Below, piece by piece: positions 62,305 to 64,000 of a stretch of DNA of 64,000 nucleotides. The notes under the pieces are model-generated. The model worked only from the letters and a program-made list of their open reading frames with translations. It was not told where the DNA came from and made no database searches. Position 1 is the stretch's first letter. Every line of letters starts with the position of its first letter. This DNA comes from an uncultured bacterium (GTDB taxonomy: Bacteria; Desulfobacterota_D; UBA1144; Nemesobacterales; UBA2774), in NCBI GenBank assembly GCA_963825135.1, contig CAWGRW010000010.1, positions 64,001 to 128,000 on the forward strand. The letters run 5' to 3'. The translations under genes and the position numbers were made by a program.

Positions 62305-62800
62305 CGCGCACACGCACGTAGTGCGTTTCTACGATTCCATCAGACTTCCTTAGCTCAACCCGGCAATCATGGCGTTTTCGTACTTCAGCGGCGATACGCC
62401 GCCCCCTTCACCCTGAGCGCACACGAAGCGCGCCGTCGAAGGGTCTTCCTTAATTTCCCTCCCCCTCAATAGGAGGGGGGAGGGTTAGGGTGGGGGTGTA
62501 CCTAGATATGTAAACCCGTTCGTGCTGAGCCAGTCGAAGCACGTTACCGACATTACAGAATTTGCGTTAAGAAAATCGATTGTTCAAGCGTAAAGAAATC
62601 TTGTGGGGCGGAGTCCAATTGAAAGATTTTAGCTTAAGACATAAGATTTTTAGCGTAATTCTGTAGTCGGATGATTTTTGCTTCTTTTCATCAAGGAAAA
62701 GAAGGATAAATAAAACAGCCTTTCACCTTTCTAGTCTTTTCATGATCTTTTCATAGACCATCTAGATGCACGGTGTTTTCATATTCCACTCTATGTGTGT
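62305..62800 (+). repeat. Mosaic palindromic repeat array
   Basis: Begins at the stop codon; variant core at about 62547-62670. Confidence 0.9.
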
Positions 62801-62993
62801 CTTTCCGTATGCGCCAAACCCCGGCCCCATACTCGATATGCCGCTAACTCGCACCAATAACTCACATTTGTGCCAACTCCGCCCCCTCCCCCCAATCCCC
62901 GCATAACAATTTTTTTGAATCCGTTTACAATTTTCGGCCGTATTATCGTTACAGATATTGACAAAAATCGTAAAGGGGTATTTGTTTAGGGTT

Positions 62994-63266
62994 ATGAAGA
63001 TATTGCTTGTTTTGTTAATTGCCGGACTGTTTTGGGCGCCTGTGTGGTCTTCCGGTACGGAACATGAGGAAAACGTCATAGTCTATTCGACGTACCCGAA
63101 CAACTACATCTCCTACATCTACGTCCTGCAGACCGAAGGTAAGGGATCGGCGTCAGGTCCCGGGGTGAACATAGCGTATCTAAAGCCCCCCGTCTTTTCG
63201 AACCAGCTCTACGTCAGCAGGAACTACAGAAACATCCTCTGCACGAAATACACGATCTGCAATTAA
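62994..63266 (+). CDS. Small secreted hypothetical protein
   Basis: Signal peptide MKILLVLLIAGLFWAPVWS. Confidence 0.55.
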   Translation: MKILLVLLIAGLFWAPVWSSGTEHEENVIVYSTYPNNYISYIYVLQTEGKGSASGPGVNIAYLKPPVFSNQLYVSRNYRNILCTKYTICN

Positions 63267-63365
63267 ATCCCGCACAGCCGCTTCCCGGATAATCTATCGG
63301 GACGGAACACTGCCGGCATTACGCCATTATTTTTAGGACTCGCGATGCACGGCCGGAAGCGGATA

Positions 63366-63803
63366 TTATTTGCAGTCCCCGATCCGTTTCCCTTCGGCCT
63401 TGTTTATGATGGTCACAGGTTTCCCTTCGAACTGCCCGTTCAGCACAATGTTCCAGCTGATCGCCATTCCGTTCGAGCTGTACTCCGCCTTGCCAGTCAG
63501 CGGAGGCATGCGGTCCCCGCCCGTGCAGTTGATGTTGAATCTTACGGTATTCCCGACCTTCTTCACGTCGCTGGCCGTGCAGCCCGCGTTTGCCGGGAGT
63601 GCGCTAACGGGATTGAACACTTTATCTGTTATGCACTTCTCTTCGTTGTTGACGATGGCGTTCGGGTCATCGTTGGAGCTGGTTTCCCTCTTGATCTGGT
63701 AATTCCCCGGGGTCACGTTGAGCACTGCGTCCTCAGCCCGCGCGCCGGCGAAGGCCATAACCGCAAAAGAAAAAACAAACAGGTACTTAAAAGCGATTCT
63801 CAT
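63366..63803 (-). CDS. DUF3617-like secreted protein
   Basis: Signal peptide, PGNYQI, CIT, C...C, terminal GKRIGDC. Confidence 0.8.
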   Translation of the reverse strand: MRIAFKYLFVFSFAVMAFAGARAEDAVLNVTPGNYQIKRETSSNDDPNAIVNNEEKCITDKVFNPVSALPANAGCTASDVKKVGNTVRFNINCTGGDRMPPLTGKAEYSSNGMAISWNIVLNGQFEGKPVTIINKAEGKRIGDCK

Positions 63804-63895
63804 TTAAGAACTTCCTCCGTTATATGCTTTATTGAAGATGTAGAATTATAGTTTACTCCCGCCCCGAGTTCAATGTTAATATTCCCGCAGCCGGG

Positions 63896-64000
63896 TCACT
63901 TAAAGAGGCTCTCGTAGTCCTCCTCTTCCGAAGCCCCGTCTCCGGCGGCCTCGGTAAGCCCCACCCTGAACGGTATCGCCTTCAGCGACAGCGCCTTCCT
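63896..64000 (-). CDS. 3' end of a CDS running off the window
   Basis: Open frame ...KAIPFRVGLTEA...DYESLFK*. Confidence 0.55.
   Translation of the reverse strand, partial: RKALSLKAIPFRVGLTEAAGDGASEEEDYESLFK

Noticed and set aside
5420..62800. CRISPR array interpretation of the recurring 20-mer and core repeat
   Set aside because: Spacing is irregular, the intervening sequences are themselves repeated modules, and no cas genes are present.
5420..62800. Integron cassette array (core hairpin as attC)
   Set aside because: Genes lie in both orientations, include housekeeping genes and operons with their own promoters, no intI is present, and there are no consistent RYYYAAC/GTTRRRY ends.
1..64000. 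tRNA, rRNA, tmRNA or known riboswitches
   Set aside because: None recognised by eye; a covariance-model scan was not possible.

Overview
Bacterial chromosomal window with GC-rich coding DNA. An IPTL-CTERM protein and ATA/AGG-rich codon use are compatible with Ca. Dadabacteria/Desulfobacterota-like genomes (inference only). It holds about 50 mostly stand-alone genes: sigZ-like ECF sigma, M64 peptidase, esterase, NmrA, MFS, serine hydrolase, two LolA-like proteins, CBS protein, a 4-hydroxybutyryl-CoA dehydratase-like flavoprotein, chrA, redoxin, an aeRF1-like protein, ppa, corA, a type III PKS operon, rimK/aspartoacylase, a histone H1-like protein, a lipid kinase/phosphatase pair and others. 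There is also one IS481 element and a small phage-like remnant next to an NrdR-box/YjzC module. The dominant unexplained structure is non-coding: about 23 intergenic arrays (roughly 17-18 kb, over a quarter of the window) built from about 10 palindromic REP-like modules, all co-oriented on the + strand regardless of flanking gene direction. Nested inside these modules is a second tier of about 90-nt inserts with a constant AAC-hairpin-GGWCRC head and at least 8 unrelated tails. Each tail type is tied to one target module, empty/filled site pairs are visible, and an internal segment is roughly complementary to its own target site. No mobilising enzyme for these is present in the window. Several sRNA/leader candidates are also visible. 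Several single-base frameshifts and a noisy 53-54 kb stretch suggest consensus indel errors, so pseudogene calls are uncertain. Repeat boundaries were set by eye and are approximate.
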